DNA of 64,000 bases, taken from assembly GCA_028534125.1 (NCBI GenBank), contig CM052818.1:12774001-12838000 (forward strand), read 5' to 3'. The notes beneath the pieces are model-generated. The model worked only from the letters and a program-made list of their open reading frames with translations. It did no database searches and had not been told where the DNA came from. The DNA comes from Lama glama (Eukaryota). A program made the position numbers and the translations under genes. This document shows positions 38,711 to 51,700 of this stretch, one piece after another; within the stretch, counting starts at the first letter, position 1, and every line of letters starts with the position of its first letter.

Positions 38711-40948
38711 ATGGGAATATGCTCCTGTCTTTACTAGACTCATATCTGAGTCCTGTGAAGTCTGTATATAAAATCAGAAAGAGGTATTTCACTCACTGCC
38801 TCTTTCAAAATAAGAGCACATGCAGTACAGCCTGGTTCACCTCTGCAAGATAACATTAAAGACAAACTGGGAGCAGAGTGTGCTTCCCAAACAGCCTTTG
38901 TAACAGGAGGATTCTTGAACCTTCTAAGAGGAACAGCAGGAAAGGCCCTGGTGCCAGAGAAGCAGCAGCAGAGCAGCCAGGGAGGAGGAGCAGTGCCAGG
39001 GGAGCTGGGGAGAGGCAGGGGCGCCCAGCAGAGCGGGGGCAGAGCAGAGGCGGCACGCGGGCAGCAGTTACCAGGCCCATCCTAACCTCAGCTGGGGCCA
39101 GACAATGAATGGAGTCAACATAAAATGTATCTAAATATTTAAAAGCTGTCACTAGAGCTACTAGACTGACAAACCTCTTCTGTCCTCCTACCTTCACATG
39201 ATCCTCTACCTGACAGCACTGGGAGCTGCAGCTCACACCCTCTTACTTCCAGACCAGGCTCTGTCCAGCCCTGCAGGGGGCCTCTCAGTTGCAATGGGGA
39301 CACCCCAACCTAAGTGCTCAAGCTCCCTCTATAACCCCCAAAATAGTTCTGCTTAGGCTCAGGCCTATGGGTGTGCTTTGCGACAATGTGAGCTCCTCAA
39401 AAGGACAGAATTGGGTAGGTAAGAGATGGCGGAAGGACACTGCTTTTATAACAGGCAGAGACCTGCAGGGAGGGTTAAGTTATGACTGAAAAGGTAGAGA
39501 GCTAGCTCCCTGCAGATATCTTTCCAAAACTAAAAAGAAGGTAAAAAGTCATCAGAGTAAACATTAATTATGTCATGGGTTGTTGTAGTTTTGGCACTTC
39601 ACATAGATATTTTTGAAGAAGCAACTCCTACAAAGTCCCTCCCACCTGGTCCACAATTATGATTGTGTCCCCAGCACCTAACTCCAGACATGGTAGTATA
39701 ACATGATAAATGAGCACTTATTAAATGAAAGCATAGACAGAAAACTGTGTGCTAAAGCCAAAAGCCATTTGAATCCAGAAATAATTATTTTAATCAAATC
39801 AGAATAAATGAGTGAATAAAAATATTATTCAAAGGAAAATTAGGGTATTGTCACTATCACTACTGTACTGTAAGTGACTACAAGCAAGCTCAGGTCAAGA
39901 ATCAAAATTGAGTTGAAGCCAGAAATTCAAAACTAAATTAGAAAATATAAATTGTCCTAGCTGTCCATGGGATTTGGGATAAGTTCTTTGAGGAATGGCT
40001 TTCTCAGGTTATTGTCTTTTGCAAGCACAAGCAAAGTCAAAGGAACTGAATACATAATGTCTCTATTAGATTTTTTCCAGCACTGAAGCGACTCACAATA
40101 AACAGTATGAAATTTTATATAAATTAAGTGAATCTATAAATGTTATGATCGGTCAGTTTATTAGACTTACTATGTTTCCCCATCCATAGAGGGATGCAAG
40201 TTCTATGATATTTGATAAACCTAAACAATCCTTTCTTTTATCACATAAAAAAGATAAAATGGGAACAGGTTTGTCTTTCTTTTATATATAAAAAAAATAA
40301 CTCCAGTTATCTCTCTCAGGCACTTGTTCCACCCTACAGGGGAAGGAATTCACATAAGAAGGGCTCTGGGAAAATTTGGGACAGGGAACTTCCACATTTT
40401 GAACAAGTTGTTCTCTCAACTGTTTCTCCTTGGCAGCCTCAGAGTCTGGAAGCAGATATTCTTTGTGCTTATATCAGTTTACGACAAAATTTTATTGATA
40501 TTTCCACTCACTAGGATTTCAAATGAGACACTTAAGGAAACCATGGAATTTTTTTGTATCCCAAAAATGACTTCTCTCAGAAACATTCTTTGTCACCAAG
40601 GAGATCGACTCTGCAGCAATGGAGAAGGGTGACCATCAGGTGATGTTCTCAGAAAAAAAGAACAAGTGGGAGTAATTCCCTGACCCGCTTCCTCAAGTTC
40701 AAAACAAACCACTCATCCTTTTGTCCTATGAGATTTTCTGGCTTGCCCCACCCTGAATAATTTCTGCCCACTCCACTGCTTATGGGTTGTAGAACAGTAC
40801 CTGGCTTCCCTTTGCCTACTGCATGTCTAGCTTTACTTTGGACTTTCCATTCCATATCAAAATATAACTGAATTGGTAACACACACAAAATGACCAAGAA
40901 CTTTTCAATTTATCTTTTCCCCATGCATAAAATATCAATTTAAAAACA

Positions 40949-40980
40949 TGTTATTTCCATCAGTTACCACTAGATGGAGA
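40949..40980 (+). promoter_or_regulatory. Candidate CTCF site with upstream motif
   Basis: Core CCACTAGATGGAGA (40967-40980) preceded by TGTTATTTC (40949-40957) at 6-bp spacing from the extended core. Confidence 0.5.
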
Positions 40981-42869
40981 TACAAATTTTGAAGTGCTTA
41001 ATAAATGTCCCTGTTTGCACTTTCTGAAGGGTAACTGTACAAAATAACATATACTATTGTTGTATTCTTACATGTCTATAAATCCTACTGCTTTGGGTAA
41101 TGCTGAATCTATATACTGTTTTAACTCATGTTAAGAAAAAAATATGAATAATGACAAGTCTAGAACACATGCATTTTTATATTCTGTAACATATGCATAC
41201 CTTGAACAATTAATAATGAAGTAGGTATTTCTCTGGCTCGGCCATAGTCAGAGAAAATTCACTACATATTATTTTATTTGGAATGCCTTCAATACTTGAT
41301 AAAATGTAACAACACTGTTAGTTGAAATTGAGACTGAAGTTAAGGGACATATGGAAGCAAAAGCAGATGCTGCTTATATTGAGAGTCCAAGTGTCCCCCT
41401 TCTGCTCCTCTTTGTGCTTAATATAAGGTCCTCATGTTTTCTTGCCCTTTACTCCTTTGGAAATCTACTTTCAAAATGCAAAATGGCAATCTTATTCACA
41501 TTGAAATGTCAATGAACAATGTACTAGTGTTATCTCACACAGGGAAATTGTTTTTGAACAGGGTCTATAATACTAAGCTGAATTTAAGTCTTTAACAAAT
41601 GAATTCTAAGTATTAGCAAATTAGTAGACAGGACCTAAATAGTTTTCTCTTGATCCCTGAAGTTACTCACAAGGGAGGAAGGTCAGCCCAGAGTGAAATG
41701 CAGGAAGATTCTGATAGATTTTCTTTTTCTTCACAGTGGTATTTGGTGCAATGCCGAAAGAGCTTCTCTGGGCTTGAGATGACTTGGAGAAGGGTAGTTA
41801 TCTGCATGATTTCTCAGCATGAGGTGGCAGCTGGCAAGAGAAACTGCACTGACTGCAGTCCTTCAGGAAGAGAAAGAGATGAGTCCTTGGAGATGGGACA
41901 TTTTGTTCCATGAAGAGAAAAATTAAATGGGTTGGAGACAGTGAATGGATGAAATCGGGAATGCAAATTAAAGAAAGACGGATATGGAGCTGTAGGGGTA
42001 ACTTACTTATTCACATCTGTGTTCTCCAAAGACTTAGGCTACAAAGAAACTAAAATCCACACATGATAAGGTGCTGGAATGGAGAAAATAAATGAAGCAT
42101 CATCAAGAGGAATTCTTACTAGTTAGTCTATCTCCAAATATTTGGAGTGATTCATTTTTTTCCCCTCTTAATTTAATCCAGGCTACTCATCGAGAAAATG
42201 TAACTAAGTTCTCAAAAGAGAATATCACAGTAAATGAAAACTTGCAGCTTTGTCAAGCTTTGTCAAATGTATCATCTGAAAACTTCTGGCACTCTGATTC
42301 TCTAAGGAGAAATCTTTTATTGTAAGTAGATGTCTGCTAATGTCTCTGATTAGAAATACTCTGGAGAGAAGGAAAGAATGGAAGTGTTTGTTTTGTTTTG
42401 TTTTAAAGAAAAGGGTGGAATTTAATCTTTATTTACAAAACATTGCAAGATATGAAATCCCACACAGAAATTAGAATGTGGGGACCCAGTGGATCTTTTT
42501 CTCATCATTTAGGAAAATGTAAAGTAAATGCACACTCACTGAGCTTAACCCAGCACCAGTCCTACACTTACCATGCAATTGTTCTTGCTTTGTATGATTT
42601 ATTGTTACTTTGTCAATTATTGACAATTTGTTTCATAGTTTTCTGCCTCCTTTCTTACAGCAAATGTTTCATAAAATAGGCAAGCTTTTTGGAGACAAGT
42701 AGAGCCATTCACCTGAAACTTAGATGTTCTTGTGGGCACTGGCATAATTGGTCACATGAAAGGGTGTGGGTTTACTGAGGTACAGAAAATAGCATGCTGT
42801 ATATGTGCAGTTTATATGCCACAATCTTTCTCAGGGGGAAGGGGTAACAGTGGAATTTGCTAAGATAGC

Positions 42870-43250
42870 CATATTTTACTCATTCACATATTCATCAAAA
42901 ATCGAATAAGCACTTGCAAAGGGCAAGTGTTAAACACAAAATCGTTAGAGCCCTCCTGGAGATCATAATCTAGTGTGAGAGATGACCAAAGATAATATAA
43001 GATAAATGACTTATAATATGCATAAGAACAACTAAGGAAAAATAAAGCATATTATGAGAAGGTATAGCAGGGGGAACTAAATTAGTTTGAGGGAATCATT
43101 TGAGGAATCTCTTAGAAGTTGACATTCAAGGTCACATTTTAAAAATGATCAGGAGTTAGCCAGACAAACAGGTGGAGAGAATAGGGTCTTAGGCAGGGGT
43201 TTGAGTATGTGTGAGGTCTCTGAGGCAAGAAACTTGTCATATTTGATGAA
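42870..43250 (-). mobile_element. L2 3' end
   Basis: actcattcacatattcatcaaaaatcgaataagcacttgc...gccctcctggagatcataatctagtg...aggagttagccagacaaac. Confidence 0.75.
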
Positions 43251-43320
43251 CTAAACCTTTGCTCACCAAGGAGATGATGCCCTCTCTCCTTCTGGATCCT
43301 GCCTATAGACATCTGGTTGC

Positions 43321-43785
43321 TGTTTCAGCAGGGTCCAAACAGAAAACAGATGTTATAGTCAAATCACAATAATTCAAAGAGGGTTTAAAATAAATATGTG
43401 GACAGGTTGTAGAAACATAAAGGATTCTGCAGTTAACCTGAGGCTTGCAACCATGGAGTCAGGACTGCCCTCAGACCCAAAGCGACAAGGCAAACATGTA
43501 ACAGAGCCTGGCAGTGGAGCATTATGTAGAAAAAGCCACCTTGAGCAGACCCAATGACACTCAGTCCAAAGACTAGCCAGATGGGTTACACAATGAGGGG
43601 GCCTCACTCCCCTCCCTGTCTCTGATCTCCTTCTGAGGCACCCCACTGACAGCCTCAACTAGAAACCACAAGGCAGGGGAACCTCCTGATGCAGTCTGAA
43701 CAGTTCAGCCTGACCACACAGAGGACAGGGTGGATGGAAAGGGATAGCGAATAGATCTGAATGAACAAACAGAAGGCTTGGCACA
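43321..43785 (-). mobile_element. LTR33-like ERVL solo LTR
   Basis: TG...CA bounded; cagggtccaaacagaaaacagatg start, ctcctgatgcagtc...tcagcc, gatctgaatgaacaaacagaagg...gcaca end. Confidence 0.7.
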
Positions 43786-44134
43786 CTTGGCCATTTCTAG
43801 GATGAAGAAGGGATGCCAGGATGGGAAATGGCTCTTAGATCAATCATATTCTGATAAAGCAGGGAAAAAAAAAAAAAACAAACTAGCAGCAATCCATCCC
43901 AGCCTTCATTCGTTTAATGAGCTCCTCATTTCTATTATTTCTCTGTCCACTTGGATGAATCTGCTTCTTATTAGCAAGATGGTTTCCATATTTGCTTTTG
44001 ATCATACACCCTGGGAATACAGGATCCTGATATTGCTCCACTTCCCTGCAGGAGTCTCTACACCCTGCTTGCCTGCTCCTCTAAATCTGTGTTCTTAGTA
44101 TAACTGAATATAATCACCCATGATGTAGCATGGG

Positions 44135-44312
44135 CTTTCACTCTACAGGGTGCATGAGATTCACCTTGGAAGCTTGTACAAAGGCAGAATTCTGCTCTCA
44201 GAAGTTCTTAATCAGTAGGTCTGGCCTGGGGCCCTGGTATCTGTATTTGAAACAAGTATCCTAGATGATTTGGATGCATGTGAGCTAAGGAAAGTACTTT
44301 GAGAAACTCTGA
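44135..44312. mobile_element. MER5A/B-like MITE
   Basis: tgcatgagattcaccttgg...aatcagtaggtctgg...ggggccctggtatctgtattt...actttgagaaactctg. Confidence 0.8.
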
Positions 44313-44785
44313 TAAGTCGCTACAGCAAATATTACTGAATTTGTACATTATGAAAACACTGATGAATACACCAATATGTTAAAAAGTAGAAATTTGGTGG
44401 GGGGGGGATTTACGGCATAAATAGTAAGAGAATTATGCAGTGATTTACTTAATTTATAAGTAAAGCTAAAAATGAATGGAGTTATTACACTTAATTCTGA
44501 GTTGCTAGTGACATCATTTATAAAAGTTTTACCTTTTCCCAAGACTAATCTTCTGTGAATAATGGTTCATGGTGCTTTTGCTTCACATTTATATCAACAC
44601 CAAACCCCAGGGCCATTTAATGATTTTTAAACCAACACTTAAATGCACTAGGGTAGCTTATACCTTCCAAGAGCCTTGTAAATGGTTTTATATTGTTATA
44701 CATTTTTTTTAATAGGAACAAGTATTCTCTCCACTGATTGTCAGTTTTGGTCATTAAGATTTTTCTGTCAGGTTTTACTTTAGAG

Positions 44786-45098
44786 CAGAAGCCAACAAAC
44801 TTGTTTTGTAAAGGGCTAAATAGTAAATACTTCGGGCCGTGCTAGCCATATGGTCTCCGTCACCAGTGCTCAGCCCTGCCATTGCAGTGTGAAAGCAGCC
44901 ATAGATAAAACATAACCAGTAAGTGCGGCTGTGTTCCAATAAAACTTTACCTGTGGTCACCAAATTCTGAATCTCATTTCATTTTCATGAGCCATGAAAT
45001 ATCCTTCTTTAACTTTTTCCAATCATTTAAAAATGTAAAAACTATTATTACCTCACAAGCCACACAAAAACAAACATAGGGTCATTTGGTGACTCCTG
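44786..45098. mobile_element. MER58B MITE
   Basis: aaacttgttttgtaaagggc...tgaaagcagccatagat...ggctgtgttccaataaaacttta...catttaaaaatgtaaaaac...gactcctg. Confidence 0.9.
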
Positions 45099-45249
45099 AT
45101 TTTGAACAACCTTATAGATTATAGTGATTAGAACCTACAGATTTCATTTCTTATCCCTAGATATAAGGCACAAAAGAATGCAGGTCTTCAATCAATCTGT
45201 GATAAGCTACGGTTTACAAATGTGTCTTAAAGGAAAGGTAAGAAAAAAG

Positions 45250-45450
45250 ATCGTGTAGACCTAGGATTGAGTTCGAGCTGCTGGCTTCACCTCCACATAG
45301 TGTCACTTTGTGCAAATTACTTCTCCTCCCTAAGCCTCACTTTCTTCACCTTTTAAACTGGGTTGACTCTTCTTACTTCACAGTATTACTGTAAAAATAA
45401 AAAAGGTAATAGTACTCAGCACCATGCCTGGCACCTGAAGATGCTCCTTA
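45250..45450 (+). mobile_element. MIR SINE
   Basis: agacctagg...tgtcactttgtgcaaattacttctcctccctaagcctcactttcttcacc...cagcaccatgcctggcac. Confidence 0.8.
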
Positions 45451-45544
45451 AAGATAAGCCTGTATCCCTTTGGTTGAAATAAAGGTACATCTGTACTTTC
45501 CATTTATCGGTTTAATACTGATTTTCAAAATCCTAGTATTCACT

Positions 45545-45720
45545 TAGAACTGCAATTCTTAACACTGACTGCATGTTGGAACTCTCTCAGGAAGATTTTT
45601 AAGAATCTTAAAAGCCACAAGTCAGAACAATTAAATCAGTATCTATTGGAGAGTGCGACCCAAACTTCGGTATTTCTAAGTAAGCTTCCCAGGGTGCAGC
45701 CAAGATAGAAAACCACCACC
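45545..45720. mobile_element. MER5B-like MITE
   Basis: ttcttaacactgactgcatgttggaa...caattaaatcag...gtgcagccaagatagaaaacc. Confidence 0.65.
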
Positions 45721-48700
45721 TTTTACCCAGCTATTTTTAAAAACCCAAAACACTGGTACTTTTGTTGTGGTCATGCAAATGTTTGAGGCACTGGTCAGCA
45801 ACTAAGTTGGCCGTTTTTATCTCTGTCTCTGATGGCCTCCTCTTCCGCTTCCCGCCCCATCCTCTTTCCTGACATCCTCACTGCAAGCCATTCTTACCAT
45901 TCTTTGTCACTGGTCTTCCGCAACATTTGATATCCTTCCCCCAACCTCACTGCAGCCCCACACAAAAAGCCTGGGATGTTGCAGGCTGGAGGAGTGCATT
46001 GCACAGATGCCTCAGTTGAGAAGGAAGAGAAGAGACTAAGGCCACGAGCACTTTGGTGATGGCGAGTAAAGAAATAAAACCAGACTCTCCAGCCAGAGCA
46101 GATGAGCTACCCAGAGGCAATACTGGTGACAACTCCACTCGGGGGAGCTAAATGACAGGAAGATGCTGAAGATCAAATGGACAGATCCCATGGGAGGTAA
46201 CATGTCGGAGTAACCTCATTGCTCCCAGGATGGAGAGGAATGGAGTCCAAACAAACAGCAGAGTCTAGAGATGTCACTTAGTAGCTAGTAATTTATATTT
46301 ATATGACATTTTTGTTTAACTTTAATATTTTTTCATAACTTCACACTGGATACATTTTGTTCAAATGTTAGTATTTGAAAACATTAAGATTTGATAATTT
46401 TGTTAAATAAATTATGTTCATTTTTTTCATTAAATGGTAATATTGCACTATCACCCCCCACCCCCCTGCAAAAAGCTGTCCTTTTCCCTAGCAGGGTAGC
46501 CACTAGTTCTATCTTCTGATGCCTGTGCTGCTTTAGAGGATCTCCTCCTGGCCACATCCACTCTCTCCGTAGGTGAAGAACCATGACCAAGAAGTTCCAT
46601 GACCTAGAACTCCCTCAATTAGCACTAATGCTCCATTCACGCTGACCCCAGCTTAATCTTTCCTCCCTCACTTGCCAAGCTTTCACACACATTCACCAGT
46701 GTTAACAGTGTCCTGTCTTCCAGGGGCTACAGACAGTGAGGTGAGGCAAGGACTCAGAAAATAAAGCATATTTGATTGACACCAGATCAATAAATCTTAA
46801 ATTCAGAGACTCTGAAGGCAAGATGAAGAAATGGACTCTGTTAAATGTAAAATCAGTAGTGGCAGAGCACTGCCAGGAAATGAAAGTTAGTATTATCTCA
46901 GAGTCCTGACAGCCTTCTGACACATGCCGTGATTTTTAATATTAGATAAAATCTGGGCACCTTTTACGTGCTTAAGGGAAACCACTTTTTTTACTTCGTC
47001 TAAGACAAATGCATTAACTACAGAGAACAATCTCTCATTTTCTCCTCCTTCTATTTCTCCCTATCCTGTCTTTCATAGCTCAGTACTTTTCCTATTTTCC
47101 CAGTTGTTTTTTTTTTCACATTTCTAAAAAATTGGCAAAACTTTTAAAAAATAATCCATGGATTTAAAACATCATAGTTAAGTATGTCTCTAGTCACAGT
47201 AAGCCAAATAATAAATTTGAAATGAATATGCAACTTCCTTTTGCTTACTTGGAAACTAAGAATAATTGTGCAAAGGCACAATTTTGGTTGAATAGGGATT
47301 CTCTCTCCGCTGCTGAGAGCGAGGTTTGCTATAAACATGTAAACAACTTAACAAATGAAGATATATTTGCCCAGACACCACCTCTATGGGGGTCCCACAA
47401 TCCTGCTATTTCTATTACATTTTCTGGGGGATAAAAAATTACTTTAAAAGCAATATATAAATCCTCAGCTTAGGAAAACTGCTTGATTTCTGTTCTCCAT
47501 ATCCCACAGAAATATTGCATTCCTAGGATGAGTATGAAAACCTTATAACCATATTTCTAAAGGTATCGCATTATTAAGAGATGTCACTTAGAAGAAAGTT
47601 CAAACATTTTGGGTCTCGCTATTTTTGAGTTGCTATCAAGCTTGATATATGCCTTCTGATATTGAATCTGCCAAGATAAGCAAAACTCCCACAGAACTTT
47701 AAGAACAGTTATTTGAAACAGTGACAAAAACATTAAAAAAAAAAAACAAAACCTCACAAATAAAACTTTTCTGAACCTAAGAAAAAGACTAAAATCTGTT
47801 CCCCTCTCTATGTCCAGGGTGATGCTGTCCCAGAAAAGGGAAAGAACATGCTTTCTTACTTTGTCCTTATCTCTAAACCAGAGGACACTGTTAAACATGA
47901 AATCTGTACCCAAATTTTCAATATGCACACTTCCACCCACCTCAGTTTCTCTGGAAAAGCCTAAGGGAACACACCAGCTGATCAGTCACAGCTGTGGGCT
48001 CCTTGGCCTTGTACCAACACGGAATGTTCTGTCTCACAGAGACAAGAGTGAACTGCCGAGGCTCTGCAAGTGAACTGGCAGGTCTGCCAGGCTCCCCAGC
48101 TTATTCTAGCACAACCAGCATTTCAGAGACTCAGAACTCACAGGCCTGGGCCCCATCAGGGCTTAGGGACAGCCACATCCCCAAACAGCAATAGCTGCTG
48201 ATGGAAACCAAAGCTAATGGACGATAAAGATACTGCCGTATACACAGGCAAAACATGGCTAATTTCATGGCTGCTCAAAGGGAAACTTGCAGGACTGCAA
48301 ATTCCAGTGTTTTAGATAATCAACAGTGTAAAAAAAAAATCACCAAACTCATTTCCTGCCATCTTACGAGAGAAAGGGAGAGAACAGCTGAAGTCTGTAC
48401 ATTGCTCATTTGAATATCAAAGTGGAAAGAAAATTGCCTTTTAAGTCTTCTCCTAGCAAATTTTATGAGAAAGTTTGTACCTGGCCTAGGAAACTAGCCA
48501 CTTCAAATTCTGATGGCACCATAATTTCACAGTAGGAAAGATGGCAAAGCAGTGAACAGGCCCTCTCTTTCACCTGGTAAAATAATCTTTGCACACATTT
48601 GTTCTTTCAAAGCATAACCAATGCACATATTTCAGAAATACAGCGTTTAAAAATGTGTAAGTTCCATGTGCCTTTTGTAAATCCTTTGACTGGGCTACCT

Positions 48701-51700
48701 TCCATGTTCTTTTCCTTTAACTTTGGTTAGCTTCTGTCAGTCTCCCTAAACGTGACTGAACTGTGTGCCCTGGCAAAACCGAATTTCTGGGACAGTAAAG
48801 TTAATATAAGATTCTTTCCTGTGTTCCAATATTGAGAGGTTCTGCCAAGAGGCTGACTTGCCCTGAGCACCCATCTCTTTCCTTTTCAGTACTAATAACA
48901 CCTACTTGAGAGAACGTTACCAAGCTCTGTTTAATGTGATCCTTAACTTGTTGGGATGTCCCCGTGTATGTCAAGTCAGTCCCCCTGCACCCTTACACCC
49001 TTTAGCCTCCATAGTCAGGATATAATTTATTCCTATTCTGAAGAACTTTTCCAATCCCCACAGTTTTATTAACTTCTCTTCTAAAATGCGTATGTGTGTT
49101 TGGGAAGGAAAAGCATGAAGCTATAGTCCCTAAGGTTATTGATCAGTCTAGTGGGTATTATATCTCTAGTTTTATGCTTTGCTCGATTTTGAGTTTTCAT
49201 AGCAATTGTTGATAAATGTAAACTGCCACCCAGAAAATTGTTAGAAATGTCCTGGGAGCTGTTGGATTGTACTGGTGGGAACTCCCTTGAAGGATCAGAA
49301 CTCTTCAAAAGAACAGGCAATCTCTCTGTAGGGAAGTTCTCCATGCCATAATTTCTCTTTTTTTCTGTTTTTTGGAGGATTATGGCAGACAGTGGTTATA
49401 ACACTCTGAATGGCTTTCTGAATAAATATTAATGATAAAGGAGGCTATTATCTTGCTTATCCCCTTGCCTGAAACCACCTCACACTGACTCACCATCTCA
49501 TACTGATTCTCTCCAGAGCACTTTCTTTCTCAGACAGCATTAAGGTCCGAATGCTCAAAAAAAAGTAAACTAGTCCTGTGGGAATAATTGTTCCCAAACA
49601 GCTATCCTTTCTGTATCTCGGAGAAGGGATGCTCTAAACTCTTGTTGTTTAGCCATCTTGGAGGTGAATTAATTCATACAGAGCTCCACCACCTTAAAAG
49701 TATGCACATGGTGAACAGCCTAAGTTCAGTCGTAAAATGGCAATGATATCTCAGGAACACAGAATGTGTTTGCAGGTTTTCAACACAGTGATTATTTATT
49801 TCTCTGTGTTTAGAATAAAGGAGGAAGGAAAAGAAAAGATTATCACTTACGTCATTCACTTCTGCTGTACCACCAACTGGTTCTCAGGGCATGTCAACTT
49901 TACCTGTCACTTTGAGGAATCAGTATTTATAAACTCCTGCCCCTTTATGCTCCCCATCCACAGAAGTCATTCAACAGAATCTGCTGTGTGAATCAAAAAT
50001 TTTTTTGCCAGGACATTATACATATGGGTATTTGTAACATATATGTTTGCTCTTTGGTGTCATACACCTTTAGCCACACAAGGGTTTAACTTCGATAGGG
50101 GCTAAAGTGCAGCATGTGTACAAAGGCCTAGTGACTAATCCTATTAAACAACAACAAAAAATTTGATGTATTGATTGTGTTAAGAATATAGTGTGATGAA
50201 TTTACTAAACACAGACAGTAAAACTGAGTTAGAGCTTGAATAGGGTTTAAATTAAAGATCTCCAGAAACACAGATCTGCTGTATCTTGTGGAAAAGATCT
50301 GAGAGAAAAAGGAACAAACACTAAATGGTAAGACGACAAAATTATAAGTTTCTATTACATTAAATTCTTGTCTATGAAAGTTGTCATAAAGTTTCAAACT
50401 AGACCAGGTTTGGATCATAGCAGAGAAAAAGCCATGTTTATAGACTGATAATAGACTGGAACAGCCTCTTGGGAACTGAATAGCAGACGCTGTGACAAAA
50501 TTTCCCAGACAGCCCTAAGCCCCCACTGTGGCTGTCAAATGGTCAGTTCTGATTCAGCAGTCCTTATTAGGTGCATGCTGGAAACCATGATAAAATGTTA
50601 AAGTTAAGCAGAAAATGAGTTACAAAATTCAGAGAGACTCAAGTACGCAGCTTCCAGGAGAATGTGCTTAGGTATAAACCAGAAAGCTGTGCCTGCTGTA
50701 ATCACACATAAGTATTTACATGATGAAAATACATCTAAAACCAAGAAAATGCATTAGTTAGAACATAAGCTGGGAGTCATGACTGGTCTAGTTAGCGGGG
50801 GCCCAGGGTATAACAAGGGAATTAAAGAAAATAAGGCTGGAGAGGGAGGATGGAACTGTGTTTTTTGTGGAGCTTTTAATCCCTAAGTTGGAAAACTTGT
50901 TCTTAACTCAATGGGCAAGTAGGAGTCACTTATGGTTTTAAATACAGAGAATACCATAAAGTAAAGATACTATACAGCTAGTATCAATAATAATAGGATA
51001 ATATCAAAGGACAGTAGCAATAATAATAGCTTCAATGTTGTCTACTTATAATAACTATACTGACACAGAAATTGATGTTGGAATAAATTCCATAATAAAT
51101 CAGTAAGTCTTTAATAAGTTTATAACCTATCCTGAGGGCTAGGCATACTTCAGTTGTTATATGACCACAGCCCATTTGTACTTCCTTTTCCTTCTGACAC
51201 TGATTAGAAAGTAGCATGTATTAGGACTGAGCTGAAAAACTTCTCTAGTCCTCAAATAAGTACTGAACTTGAACAGTACACATTGGTAAGGCCAGAAAAA
51301 CTCAGAGAATGAGACTAAATGAGTAATTAGTATTAATTAGTGTCAATTGCAATTTTTCCTGAAAACAGCTCATGCTGAGGAAGCAATGGTGTAGGCTGAA
51401 TATATGTCAACATTTTTCTTGAATTTCACCAATCCTATATTTTTTTAAAAATGAACATCATTTTATTTTATTCAAGACGGATCAGGGGAAACAGCTTTGC
51501 TTGATGAGATAATGCTGCAGTGGATTGTTGGCTTTTGTGTGGCTGTCTGGATTTGGAAGGGGCTGTTCTCACTTGGCTCTGCTTTTTGACATGAAATGAG
51601 CCTTGAAGATTAACCAGCCATGTGGTATGTGCACCCCCAGTTTCATATGTTGTCTTGTATTTACTGTCAACAGGAGTCTTTTTTTTTTTATCTACTCATA

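Noticed and set aside
38856..39236. 126-aa and 76-aa ORFs over the GC-rich patch
   Set aside because: Low-complexity products expected from GC-rich DNA; no recognisable domain or splice structure.
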